Counted from the first letter of the stretch, positions 40,075-53,456 are shown. The stretch: DNA of 64,000 nucleotides from Blasia pusilla (GCA_050084515.1 CM114271.1:25482001-25546000); one strand, 5' to 3'. Notes: generated from the sequence alone by a model not told the origin. Numbers and translations: made by a program.

Positions 40075-41220
40075 ATGACAACCAATGGAAAGTCTCTAGC
40101 ACGTCCTCTTTACTTCTCTGACAATGATGACAAGACTAATCATATTTCAAGTGTCTGTGGACCTGGGAGTTCATCCAGCTACTAATTATTAGGCACCAAA
40201 GATGTCCAATCGACTACAAGTCAGCTTCAAAATTCCACATTGGATAAGCTTTTAGCCAGTATACGACGGCCTTCAATAACAAGTCTTCCTACTTGTATAG
40301 TAAGCATTCCTATCAGATCTCCTACCTTTTTCATTTTGTACAGTTCAACCTTACTTCCTTTCCAATTTCAGTAATCCTTTTTTCTTGTCAATTTACTTCA
40401 TCCACACTACTGGGAGTAGCCAACATGCCCCTTCCTATCTTCATTTAGTGTCTTGTCTTTGTATTTTGCAGGCCCCACCACAGAGTGATGAGTTTGCTAA
40501 ACTATTGCTACAAGAGATTCCTAGAGACACAGAGCCACAACAAGTTGTGCTCACATAGCCTTCTTTGTTGCAAATGAGATACGCTAACAATATGGGTATC
40601 CTTCCCACATGGCAAGATGGCATTACAAAGAGGGGAATTTTTCAAGATGATAGATAACCAAAAGTCATGGGATGCAATGTTCAGGGATGAACACAATGCT
40701 CCTCCAACAAGTGGTAAGAGTTGTTAACTTCTTCTTTTTTGCTTGTTGATTCCATTCTTGTGAAACTGCAGCTTAAACTCTCTCTGTCATGTATTGCAAG
40801 AATTCAGAAGGAAGCTTTGGAATTGAAAGGAATACAATTCAATGAACAAAATCTTACAAAAGCTCAGACCACTAAGGAGCTTGCTCCAGTGATAGAGAGT
40901 ATCAGGCTTCCACAACTTACAGAACTCAGACACATTTTTTTATACCCATGGATGTTATTATAGACTTAACATCAGCCCAAGCAATGATTCTGCTTTAAAA
41001 AATACATGAAGCAAAAAGAAATGGCTTGTTGCTGAATATCCAGCCACACAATGTGATTAATCTTGATGACTTAGAAGATCTTGGTCCAGACACAAAGCCC
41101 ATTAGTTCTCCTTTACAACCTCGTACCAATGATTATACTGTTAGACTTAGTTCACAGTCGGCACCATTCACTACATCTGATTCGTTTCTATCACCAACCA
41201 AATGTCAGAGAGAATTTTGA
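40075..41220 (+). pseudogene. Helitron accessory gene A remnant (spliced; three DUF3072-like repeats)
   Basis: Acceptor ttttgcag at ~40471 and donor gtaag at ~40714. Peptides PSLLQMRYANNMGI...ITK, PPTSA*..LSCIARIQKEALELKGIQFNEQNLTKAQTT and DLTSAQAMILL. Confidence 0.65.
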
Positions 41221-41499
41221 TTTATTCCATGATAGTAATGTAGTAAAGCTCTTTCGGAGTGCTATGACATACCAATGTTTGTTTCTCATAGTGTTTCGTG
41301 TTAAGTTTTTTGAAATCATCTGAATCAGTTCATATATTTTCATTTTCAACTTGATCAAATTCACATTCAATTTCTTGGATCTCATTTTGAGTCCTGGAGT
41401 TCGATAATTATAATGGCCTCAACCTTGTATTGAGTTCAGCTAGGCTATGTCTTTTTCCTACTGGGTAGTTTCACTACCCAGTTCTTCTGCTGATAGATT

Positions 41500-42270
41500 T
41501 AATCATGTCCGTTCACGACTAAGGCTGACCTAATCTCGAACATATAAATGCTTGATGCGCCTACGCTTGTATCACTTTTGTGCCACTCTTTTTGTGATTG
41601 CCGTCATCTGTTCGTCAGCAGCTATGTTTGCTTTTCAGTCGCGCAATCTGTAGAAGCCATGGTACTTCCTCTAGTCAATGTGAGTCTTCTTTGTCCGACT
41701 TTCATTTGATTCAATTTATTTCCTTAACATTACAATGTGATGTCTTCACTTTTTATTGGATTTATTTTTTTTCTGTTTAGAACGTGCAGGGTTAGGAGGC
41801 GGATGCCCAATCCACGCAGCAAGAGCACAATCATTCCATCGATGCGGCTACGCGGCAACATTCATCTTCAAGTGTTGCAGGTTCTAGCAGCCCTCCTGCC
41901 TCGTGAAAGAGAAGATGGACTCAAGATTTGGAGTTCACATATAGGTCGTTATTTATATGCCTTCACAAGCTAGGTAGAGGCGGAGTTGAGGAATTTGTGA
42001 AACTCCACAAAGGCACTTGTCGAAATCCTTGACAAGACCCCTTCACTTAGCAAAGAGACTCTAGCAGTTGTAAATCATGTTAGAAGAGATTTACCTTGGA
42101 TGAGGATTAGTTCCATGGTATATCTTTATGACACAGTAACTCAGAATTTTGATCCGAACACAAGAGCGCAGCACTCTTGCATGGATACTTTGGTAAGTTT
42201 GCATAAATCTAGGATCTCATATGGACAGTTAAGCTTTTTGTACAGTTGGACTTCTTTCATCACAGCGTAA
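41500..42270 (+). pseudogene. Helitron accessory gene B remnant
   Basis: HIGRYLYAFTS*VEAELRNL*NSTKALVEILDKTPSLSKETLAVVNHVRRDL gives a gapless match to the copy 1 peptide at ~19320-19480. Confidence 0.5.
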
Positions 42271-45200
42271 TACAACGTGAGCATTTCATTGATCGGTTAC
42301 ATGTTGTTGTGATGCACCACACATTTCTGTTGTGTCGATTATGTTCATAATTGTCACCACATTATTTGTAGAGAGAGGTTTAACCGTACTCTTCCTTCAT
42401 TGTATGCTCGTATCCTTGTTCTAATGCTGTTCAGATTGGGAATTATGTACCGGCTGCTACCTGTTAGTTTGTTGGGAGCTTTTATCTCCTCGATTGCTTT
42501 TCTCTGGTGTTCAATTTTTTTATCTACTCTATACCCAGCCTTTCCTCAAAGAACCACCTTACACACATATGTGCTTTCTATCAATCCTATTACTAGATCT
42601 GAATGCAGAGCTTGCACCAGCCTTGTAGTTACATCTGTGATTATTATCGTGACAAGGCAAGAAACATCACAAGAGTTTCCTGTTGTAACCCGTTTGAATC
42701 ATCTTCATTGTTAGCAATTCAGATCACTGTCTTCATTCATTAAACTCAAATCTATTAAGCACAACACCACTCTAACAACTCTTCAGTAATTCGAAAATAG
42801 ACATGGCCACTTAAACTCATTTATGTGTCTATCAGCAACAACAAAAATGGTGCCGTTCCATCTTTGATCTTTCACATGAATCAACAACGCTGCATTTTTC
42901 TACCTAAAACTCTTTCGAAAAGACAAACTGCATTACTTTGTAATTACAGGTTCATCCACTTAGGATCACTAAACATGATGACCTACGTATGATATGAACT
43001 TCTTTTCATCCAAAAAATTAGATGCAAAATCCATCACGAGACCCCCACACTAGTTATCTCTCTATAATTCAACTCCCTCTCTCAAAATTACACATGTCCA
43101 CGTCATAGGAACCCTCGGGGGAAAAATGATCTCTAAAAGCTCCTATGATGTCCCTGTCCTCTTAATTATGTTGATATGTGAAAAAAATACATAAATTTAA
43201 TGTATCACAGCGGGACTGCGTCCCATAGTTAGCGGTGGGGCTCTCTCATTCTTTCTCTCTTTCTGCAGACCGGCGGTCGTACTGACAAGCACAGCCAATA
43301 ACTCCGGCACTAAATGATTAGTTAGCATCCGAAGGATGCGCTCGCTCGTTTTCGCGGAGCAAAGCAGAGCGAGAGGACAGGCGTCGTTTCGTGAGCGTGT
43401 ACGCCGTCTACGCATTCGTAGCGCGACGTGTGTTCGGCATACGGACATGGCGGGATCGCGCGGGGTTGCAGCTGAAGCGGACACGTCGAAGGGTGTGAAG
43501 AGTCCGGCGAGCGGCGAGCGAGGAGAAAAATGGCGCTCTGCCGAATGCGCTCGACTCGTGGCGGCCCGGACGACTCGCGTGTGAGTGAACCCTGGAGCCG
43601 ACTGACAGCGCAACATCGGAGCTCCAATAGTCGACTGTGGTAGCCATTAGAGTTCTTTCTCGCGCGCCGGGATGTTCCTGCCCTTTTATTGTAAGCAACG
43701 GGTTTCCATAGGTTTCAGCGTGCCCAGACAAATGCGTTTCAGGCCCGTTTGCCCTAAACGCTAATGCTAAAGGTACATAGTTTTCTAAGTGTTACTAATA
43801 ATATGGTGATTTTAGTAGTCGTCGAATCGGCCTCTTTTGTATCGCGATGAATTTCCCATCCTTTTCGTATATATATTTTTATTTTTATTTTTATTTTTAT
43901 TTTGGAGCGAAACGAACCGACTGTCGACGTGCCGACCGACGACTCCCATGAGCCGTTCCGTGTCCTTGATGGCTGGCGGGCTGACAAAGACCAGACGGAG
44001 TGACTTTGAAAGCCCTCTCCTCCTACTCCGACGAGTTGATGATCAGTTAAAACCTGAATCGTCCGATCCACCTCTGTCCTCCAGTTTCACGTGAGACGTC
44101 TCCGTACACGAAGAGAGAGAGAAGTAGAGATAGACTACAGTAAGGACTCCGGAGTAATGCGTGCACGGTTGGAAACATGGCGATCTTCTGGTGGAGGACT
44201 AAGTTAGCGGTCGATACGGACGGAGGACGGACAGACGGAGAGAGTGAATGTGTCTGTGCACTATGAAGAGCAGTGTCAGGTCTGCTGATCGCTGTAACTA
44301 GGTTCGGTGGGTGGAACCGGGCTGGGCTCTGCCAGCAGTGTGGACATCTCTCGAGAAAAGGAGTAATTGCCAGCCCTTGATGAGCTCCATGAGACCTTCA
44401 CTTGAATGCGTGTCTGGTGCGGATTGCTTTGGCGCAACAAACAAACCGCGGAATGAGAGCTCGTGCTGCACTGCTGGTGGCATTGTGGTAATTGATCACC
44501 TTCGCTACGACCTCCCACTAGCGGAAGAAGCGACAGCTCGATTTCCATTCTCACCGATCTCCTCCTGGCACCGGATGCCAGAAGATAACTGCAGCGCATT
44601 ACGCGATCGTACTATTTTCCGCAGCCACACCTCACTCGGCTAATCTAGGACCCCAGCGAGAGTCCGCCAGGCCCACGTTTGATGAACATAGCCACTCCTT
44701 ATTAAAACGCTCGCGCCAACATTCTCGGGCGAGGCAGGCGTACCACTGTATTCGCCCGCCTTGCACATACATCCATGTCCCGTGTGCAATTGCATTCCTC
44801 GACAACTCCGCTAGGTGCGCTTGAATGGCTGGCGTATTCTGAAATACTCTGGGCGACATCGTCTGGAATCCTCGGTCCGCGGATTCCCACCGCTCCTTCT
44901 TTTATCCTCGAGGATTTGGTGTCAGCTTGGCTTCCCGGGCCACACGGGAAAGTAAAGATCTGCTTGTGTTTACATCTCCGTACTTGTGAGGGATAGTTTG
45001 CCTTGGAATTAAATAATCCATGGGCACTACCTTAAGTGTATGCCTGTAACCCTGCGGAATTTAAGAGAGGATTTATCGTGCACCCGAAAAGAGTTGCGAG
45101 CGACTTGATTACCAACGACAATGGGGGGAATTGTGGTCGACAGAGGAAGCAGGAGCAGTGGATTTTCAGAATCAAGTTTCGTTCGACGGTACTGTGACTC

Positions 45201-46863
45201 GGCACTTTATCCGATTTCCTCTTGGTGCTCACACGAGTGACGTACCGGTGAGTCCAGCCATCTGAAGGGAGGTGGACTTTTGGACTCGAAAAAGGCACAT
45301 TCAATTAGGGAATATTGGGGAATTCCGACCACACCTTTGTCAGGGAATCTTTTATTTGCGGACTTCCAATCCGACACTCCTTAGGTTCAGCTCTGGCTGG
45401 TCTCGTTGAAAAATTTTGTGACCCTTTGGTTTCAACACCCCAAGCTTGAAAGTTTAGGGCCGCACCATTTTCTTAAGTTCTTTACATGACGTGGTTCGAT
45501 TACGTGGAATTTACAGCTCACGAGCTGGTGTTCGACAGCCCACTTGAGAGGTTCTCGCATGCACTGGTACCCTTGCTTCAACACTCGCCAAAGTACACCA
45601 AATTGATTACTTTGGTGAGGACAAACCTCGTAAAAGCCAGTTCACACCACAAGTTCAGAGCAACAACTTGCTGCCAAATCATGACCACCACAACTTCGTT
45701 CCAACGAACACGACGGACGCCCAGTTGCCAGCAATTACTGGATTCTTAATTTCATGAGCTGTGATTAATACCTGGTCTGATAAACTCAATACATAGACTT
45801 GAGCCATCCCATATGATTACAACTCAGTGGAGTCAAAAGAATGCACATTCTTGGCAGACTTGAAAGGCCTGTGTCGTCCAACCCCAGTTGGACGGGTAGA
45901 ATGAAAACCAGGCGCATGATCAACTAGCTCATGTTCAGGACACTTCTATGCCTCTACATTTCTTCCATGAGTGTGTCAGTCCACCACCTGTCCATATGCC
46001 AGACGATCTCAATATCTGTAGTATGTCAGATTTGGTACTTGAGTTCAGAGATTCAGACAAAAGTTCATGTTGTGATGTACCCGCACATCACAAACATCCA
46101 GCTGGAAGGTCCCTATTTCTTGATAATCTTTGGTAGAGAGGTTTGGAGATCAGACTTCACCCCAGGTGGACACACTCTTGTTTCTCCCGCAACCTGTCCT
46201 CCACAGCTTCACTGGTTGCAACACCAATTGTGCCCTCTTCTGCAACTTCACACAAGCACACATGCAGATTGAATCACAGAGGTAGTCCTCTCCATTGCCT
46301 GGCCAACCGCAATTTGAGTCTACTACCTCAAAATTCACCCACACCTGTTGAAGGTGCATGACATTCACCAATCTTTAGGTCCACAGGCATGAGCTACATC
46401 AGGATGGCACTGCAGCTGGGAGTAAGACTTGAAGCAAGTACAGAGGTCATCCGTGATTCTCCCGCTTTCCACACTTCACCTGTGCTGAGGATAATTACAA
46501 GAACTAGCTAACAACTGTGGGGTAATCTAGAGAAGCAGTGCCATGAGTTGGAAATCCACCATTTGATGGAGCTAAAAAGGGTCCTGTACAAGCAGTATAA
46601 ACATTCGTCCAGGGCAGCCACAGCCATATGCAGGCGTACATTAGAGTTCTCACTGCTTGACCCACTTAAAAAAATTGCAGATACTTTTAAATGAATGATA
46701 CAGGGAAGAAAAAATGCAAGTGGCATTTCAAGCACAAAAGATACCAAGAATTGGCAATTTCGGAAAGGACCAAAGTTGGTCCTTGGCAACGCCGTTTTCC
46801 ACAGGCAGTTTGCATAAGGACCAATTTTGGTCCACCCGATTGCTCAGAAAGACAATGTGAACT

Positions 46864-49800
46864 CTAATAAGCTTCTCGTCCGTGCACACGGTTGTGTAAT
46901 TCCAATGTATCCTGATGATTAGGATCCATTGACAAGACTGCACGACAGTCACGGAGACTTGCTAGGAGATCCCCAATACACTCATGGAAGGCTGCACGTA
47001 GGTGCAGAACTTGCAGATCGGCTTTGAAAGCAATTGCTTTAGAAAGTTCTGCAATTGCATCCTTCTCTTTGTGGCTGTCCATCAAAACTGTATCACAAAC
47101 AACAAGTGAATGAATGTCAATCCACAAGTGTGAAGCTTGATGAAGCGTAGCATCAGTCACTGCTAGTATAGGAGTTCGATCCTAGAAATTAGACATTTCA
47201 TAGGCCTTCTTGGGTGATAAGATTTCAGATCATGACTAAGAAGAAACTGAGAAGGGTCTGCCGAGAATGCCGTTCACAGTAGGATATCAGGGAGCCAAAA
47301 CAACCAACCACTTCAGCACTTTCCATTTTGTGAATTTCTTTTCAGTGCAATTAGCATTTTGCAATGCTCCTAACTACCACCTGTGAGAGCACCCTCCCTG
47401 ATTCATTACCCAGGCCATAACATCACCAAAGATAACAGAAAAATTTGGTACACTTGCCTGCAGCTCGGTACCGATAGGGATATGTTCGCAGTGGATCTAA
47501 TTGGGTCACTTTGGTAAGATCCGCCATTGTCATTTCTCTTTCCCCATACTCTGACCTCTTCTCATACGCAGATGCATTATTCTGGGCCTTTTCTATGAGC
47601 TTGGTCATCTCCTCATGTGCAGACTTTCGGTCACCTTGCAAATGGTGTACCCGAGCCAACCCTTGATGAGCTCGGGTGTGACGAATTTTGAGAGCACTCA
47701 CATATCGGTCTGCAGCAAGCTTAAGTTCACGGCAGTCCACATACACACTCCCCAGGTTGTTCAATGCCTGTGAAAACATTGAAGACAGATTTCGTTGGTT
47801 AGCTGGAAAAGAATTTGCCTCAGCACGTTCCCTCAGAGAAAAGGTGAATGCCAGAAGATGTACCTGTCCCTTGCGCAGTCCATCTGATGGGCACTTCAGT
47901 GCCTCCTCCAGCAGCTCCACCACTTTAGCTGATGATCCAGAATCTAGACTCGTGTCAGCCAAAGCATAAGCCTTGAGGAAAAATGCTTCAAAAGACCGTT
48001 GGATTGCTACAGATTCCTCGGCCTTCTTCAGGGCTTCTTCCCTATGACCTGTGTCATAGAGTATCCACCCTTCATAAACCAGCTTTTCATGCTCACTACT
48101 AGCATGCTCACGAGCCAGTCTCAAACTGCGCATGGCAGCTTTCGGACAATTTAATCTGGGGATGCAAGAAAAAAACAGTCATGAGTTGCCTTGATGATAA
48201 GAAGACACTGTGAATTAAACACGAAAACACAACAATCTTGATCAAAAAGTGCATGGTTCATTCTCATAAGATCCAATCATGCTTCTCAGGAGAAACCACT
48301 CTCGACTTGTGCAGTATTTCACTGTGCAGATCTACCCGTAAAGTGTGTACCACACAAAGCTGGCAAGACGTAGTAAGCTCTAAATTATGGATTTTGAGTT
48401 CACCTTAGGAGAAGCAGTGATTGCCTGAAAAATAGTAAACCCTTTCCAGGATCAGACTCTAGCATTTGGTGGACCACAGCAAGTGACCCAATGTCATCAA
48501 CAGATGACCAATGATCATACAGCTGCATCCAGCAATCTGCTTTAGTCCACTGATCTACGTGCTGGCTTAATAATCTTAGCAATTGCACAGCAGGAACCCG
48601 GCCAGAATACATCATGAAGGAGGGGTCCAGTGTCAGCAAAGCTCGCACATCCCTGGTCGCTCCCTGGTAGTCTTGAAGAGCAAGACAAAAGTACGCCCGC
48701 AACTCTAGACAATCAGGAGTAACCTTAAACCCCAACACCCGATTGATTTCTAAAATGGCTGCCTCAACCTTGTGCTCATCCATGAGAGAAGCAGATCTGT
48801 ATTTATATGGATACAGGAGAGTGGGGTCCAGCTCTGTCGCCTTGTTCAAATCCGCCATCTTCTCTTTACCATCACAATACAAAGACCTTTCTTGATACAT
48901 CCATCCGACAGATTTATCAGTAGATAGGACAGATGAGGCCTCTGCATACGCCGCAAGTTTGAGACCACGCTTTGACTTGGCTCTGGCAATACCAGCTCGT
49001 GAATAAACGTGACCTTCTGCAGCAGCTCCCACAAAGTACTCTTGCGCTTCACTATACTGTTTCCTGCAGAGTGTCACACAACCAAGCTGATGAAGAGCCA
49101 ATGCTTTCTGTCTGGGAGACGACGCACAATCCACCGCTCGTTCTATGAGAGCGACCGAAAGTTCTGACTTCATATCCTCCTCCATGGCAACTTGACTAAG
49201 GAGAGAGTATAATGCGAATGAAGTGTGTCCTACCATCGCAAACCTCTTCATCCCATCTGACCGGTACAGCAAAGACACAATCTGGGAATTTTGCAAAGAC
49301 CCAGGAAGTTCCCTGAGAAACACTTGTAAACATGTGGCAACAAGTGCTTGTGCACCTTCTTCTAGGGCGTACTCGAGGAAGGTCACTGCATCTTGAGTAG
49401 TATGCACCAATGCCGCAAGCCTAGTGTCACAAGCCTCTTTCAATAGTTCACAGCAAAATCTGTTGGCAAAAGCTAAAATTTCGAGTATCAACTCGGGAGC
49501 CAAGATCCCCAGCCTACCAAATTTGCTAAACTCATCCACGGCCCTCATACCAACGGAAGTGATGCCATTATCGGTGAACTCTATCTCAGCAGCTCGCGCT
49601 TCTGCAAAGCAACCGTTTAACATGGCATGAAATGGACCGGAAAGACGAGCTATCCGCTGCCTGTTGCAATACACTCTGTCATTGTCGATGAGGAAAACTA
49701 CGTCGTTGCTTACAGGGCCTGAGGTCGAGCATTCATCGACCAGAAGGCCACCATTTACATCTGTCTTCGAACAGGCACATGGTTCCAGTGCCAGCTTGGG

Positions 49801-50488
49801 GGCAAACCCAGGAATCATTGTCAACCGCGGACACTCTAACTTCCGTCCTGTGCACACGGTGGGAGACCTTTCATGGAGCTCTTCACAACGCTTCTCAAAT
49901 TTAAGCCAAGCCGCAAAAACCAGCTTTTCATGCACTGTGATAGAATGTTGCCGGGCCGAGCGCAAACTGCGACGCAACATCTTGCTTTCACCCAAACCAC
50001 GAAACACAAATGACTGCTCCATATACAAGCGCGCCTTATCGTCATCTGCTGCAAGCTCTAGCTCCTCATGAATCTCGGCCAGAGATTCCACGTAGTCCAC
50101 CGGCCTGAAGTAAGGCTGTAGAGTGGGATCCACCAGTTGGGCGACAGTGCAACTGCATCACCACAAGGCAAACTCAGAACAGAAGTCAACACGATCTACT
50201 TTCAAACCAATCTGAGACTCGCTGGTGCTCCACATTGCACTATCTGCGACGATACGAGAGGTACCTGGTATGACTGCCCTCACCTACACCGGACTTAAAA
50301 CGGGAAAACAAGAGAAAGAAAGAAAACAGAAGAATCTCGCAGACAGACCTTGTGGAGGGAGCAGACTCGGTGTAAGTTGTCTTGCAGTGCTTTCCGTGCC
50401 CGGCTCCCACCGATATGCTGGTTTCTAATGAGTTCACTCCGTGCACATGGCTATTCTTAAATCCCTCGGCCATCCGCAAACTTCTCAT
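46864..50488 (-). CDS. ETO1: ETHYLENE OVERPRODUCER 1 / ETO1-like BTB-TPR protein, ~904 aa
   Basis: Exons 50488-50349, 50152-48404, 48155-47864, 47767-47458, 47087-46864 (2715 nt, in frame). N-terminus MRSLRMAEG; PVDYVESLA; BTB region (CNRQRIARLSGPFHAMLNG..FANRFCCE); TPRs; WMQLYDHWSSVDDIGSLAVVHQML; LNCPKAAMRSLR. Last intron is GC-AG. Confidence 0.93.
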
Positions 50489-51366
50489 CTTGAAAAAATA
50501 CCCGAAGATCGATTACTGTCAATACAAGTAATCCCCTGCGCAAATATGGCCTATTGTCTAACCATCCTAAATGTCGCCGATACGATGTTCTTAGCACACC
50601 TCCATCAGGGTTCTCCTTCCAAGTACGCATGCTTCAAACGAAACCTGCCTACCTTCTTGCCCCTGAGGTTCGGAGCCCATCCTAAGTTGCTCACTTGCAA
50701 TTGCACCCTCTTCATCATCACATGTCGAACAAAACCAGAAGCGGAAGAGAGACAACATCGAGAATGGGACCTGGAACCATACGTCAAGGTCTCATCGCTC
50801 CATTCAGAGCACCTGTGTGCCTTGCAGCCTACTAATGGACCTAGATTATGAAAGATGATGGGCTAGGGACATCCACCAGCTTTCTCGGATTCCTCCGAGT
50901 CCTGCATCTTGATCTGCTGCTTTCCACATCGATCCACAGGCTTCCGCGCACTACATTATCGGCTGACAGTTCCTGCAAACCCTCTTGACGACCAATTATT
51001 CTAGTTTAGCTACCTTTCATGTTACTCATATCACCGACAGCCAGCTTTGTCTATATGGTCACGCTCCACAGCATCGACGCAGACCCTAAATAGCTTCATC
51101 ACAAGGCCGCCGAGCCCCAAACACCCTCGCTCGCTCTCACTACCTCCGCAGGCATCAACATCACACTACACTCCACCGTTGCAACTCCTGCTGCTGCTCC
51201 TGCGCTTCCGCCACCTGAGCAATTCCACGGATTCTCATCCTCTCCTCTCAACAGTCCGCCCCATAATCTTACACCTGAAACACCAAACCGCGAACGGAAC
51301 ACCAGCCCGCCCTCCTTCCCCTCCAGATCCAAACCTCCACACCTGCCCTCCTGTCACCTCGATCCC

Positions 51367-51405
51367 TCCTTCCTTCCTTCCTTCCTTCCTTCCTTCCTTC
51401 CTTCC
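51367..51405. repeat. (CCTT)n tetranucleotide repeat in the probable ETO1 5' leader
   Basis: Direct observation. Confidence 0.95.
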
Positions 51406-53456
51406 TACCCTCCCCCGCACTCTCGACGCACTCAGACCGGTGCTCTCCACCGCAGAGCTCCAACCCTCACGAAACTGGAATAAAACATAGACGCTCTGCG
51501 ATCTGACCCGATCCTAGGGCGCCCCTCCTCTCTTCTGTCTCCGAGTCTCTTCCCCGCTCCCCTCACTGTCGATCTGTCTGTCCATGCCTCATCCCCGAAT
51601 CGGCTGTCTCTCCCAGATTGCAGGCGAGAGGGGGACGGGGCGGGCGGGCCACCCCATCCCACGAGGCTGCAACAAACACGGTCAACTTGCCTCGCTTCAC
51701 GATGGGGGGATGCGACGGGGACGGAATGAGGTAACGGAGGAACGGAGGGACGGAGGGGACGGAAGGGAAGGGGTCGCAGTAGGGTCGGTAGGAGGGACCC
51801 CTGGCGCGAGGGACCGTTGGATGGCGGGTCGAGCGCGGAGATGGCACGGATGAAGGGAGGAGAGCGCAGACAGCGTTCATGCATTGATTGATCGATTGAT
51901 GGGCATGCAAATCGGGCAGCTTAAAACGTCTGAACGAGTCGCAGAATTCCCGCCTGAACCTCATGGTGGTGGCTCCTGTTTTCCTCGGCTCATAAATGGC
52001 GAGGTTTTTTATTATTCCATTGGAGGTAGGAATATTGCGCACCCTCGCCTTTATTTTTATTTTATTTTGTTTTGTTTATTATTATCAGAGACCTTCCGCC
52101 TGAGCTCCGCCTTCTGGGTGTTTTGTAGTCGCACAAATCCGGAGTAATTTGTTGGACGATTTCCGCCTCATTCGGGCAGCATATCGTAGCCAATCCTATG
52201 CGGTGCAGCGCCGTCCGGATTCCGTCCATCCGGATGTACACACATTCACGCTAGATCAGGGCAAGAGTGATGAGAGAACGACGTCAATGCTCGAGGGAAG
52301 TCGCCGTTACACAAACTTCATCCACCCCATAATTTCCGCATTTAATTAATGGTGGGTCAAACAGTGACTCCTGTCCGCGACCATCAGAAAAGAAAAGATA
52401 CGTATTCACATGTAGGGCCCGTCATTACTGACCTCACTAAGCTACTCCTTAACCCGATTTGGGACCTCCTTCCATCTCCTGGCGAACCGCATCCATCCAT
52501 CCATCCAATAGGGACAGCGCTGTCCTTCCTGGCGAACGTGGTGCAGGTGCCTTCCTTGTCCTTTTGCGGCTCCTCCGCCCTCTTCCGAAATCCACCTCGC
52601 AGATATTAATCTCAATTGTTGATTTCTCATACTTTCAAAAAAGGCATTCTTTTCGTTACGGACAAAATAGAGACAACAAACAAGTTGATAAATTTAAACG
52701 GATTATTTTACCCCACAATCTTTTTTAATTAGAAAGGAATAAAATATGATAATATAAAATATAATATTCTCTTTAAAAAATTAAGCACAAATCAAATCTT
52801 CAATAGAGTATTTCCATACTTGACACCTGTCAAAACACCCTAAAGCCCTACATCCGGTCTTGTGTTTGGCCTCTCTAAAAGTCCCACCAACATAAGCAGC
52901 ACTCCTCAGTCGAAGGGGCTATGAGCTCCTACTATTGGCTCCTCCTGTTTAGCCGATGGATCGTGAGGGAAAAGGCTGTATCTAAATGTTTTTAGTAGTA
53001 AGGTGCTAGTCTATTGACAAAGATTAGTAGATGCAATTCGAATAGATCAGAATTATCTAAAATTAATTTCATAGCTGGATCTCTTTCTTATTGCCCGTTT
53101 TGCCAAGTTCGTGCGACTTCGGTGTTAAAAATTCAAATTAGTTCTATTATTATAGTAGAGATTTGCCTCAATCTGCCACAATCTACGCCCACACCATTAA
53201 CTTCCTAAACTATAATATAGTATTTCTTTGCCTTGGCCTTTGGAAATATATTATCCTAAACCCTCCCCGTTTGGAAATCCGTGGATTCTCTTCTAGAAAA
53301 TTTTAGGACGTTTCTAGCGGAAAAAAAATACATTTTCCTTGTTTTCTAGTGAAGAAGGTCTTACCAATTGTGGGGATCAATTTTAGATGAAAAAACAAAT
53401 TCAAGACACAACATGTTGTGAGGAAAATTGATCATAGTGCCCCATGATTCTCTATA

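Larger units (their letters stand above)
32860..43000 (+). mobile_element. Decayed Helitron2/Helentron-type element, copy 2 (extent approximate)
   Basis: Rep-PIF1 remnant plus accessory genes A and B in the same order as in copy 1. Termini not identified. Confidence 0.7.

Noticed and set aside
32621-43122. 11-bp inverted repeat tcccccgaggg / ccctcggggga as termini of Helitron copy 2
   Set aside because: Too short to be significant in 64 kb, does not extend, and has no supporting terminal hairpin.
44109-44140. miR529/miR156-like GA-rich sequence
   Set aside because: Does not match the mature sequences and no complementary arm is visible.
47160-47190. GTTCGA (T-loop-like) motifs here and at ~7003, ~45495 and ~53969
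   Set aside because: No cloverleaf or A-box context; not tRNAs.
50200-50283. Extra ETO1 exon (VRAVIPGTSRIVADSAMW...)
   Set aside because: Splice phases do not fit the flanking phase-2 junctions, and direct exon 1-exon 2 splicing is already in frame.
51047-52728. Several 60-160 aa ORFs upstream of ETO1
   Set aside because: Low-complexity, overlapping on both strands in GC-rich promoter/5' UTR DNA, with no recognisable domain.
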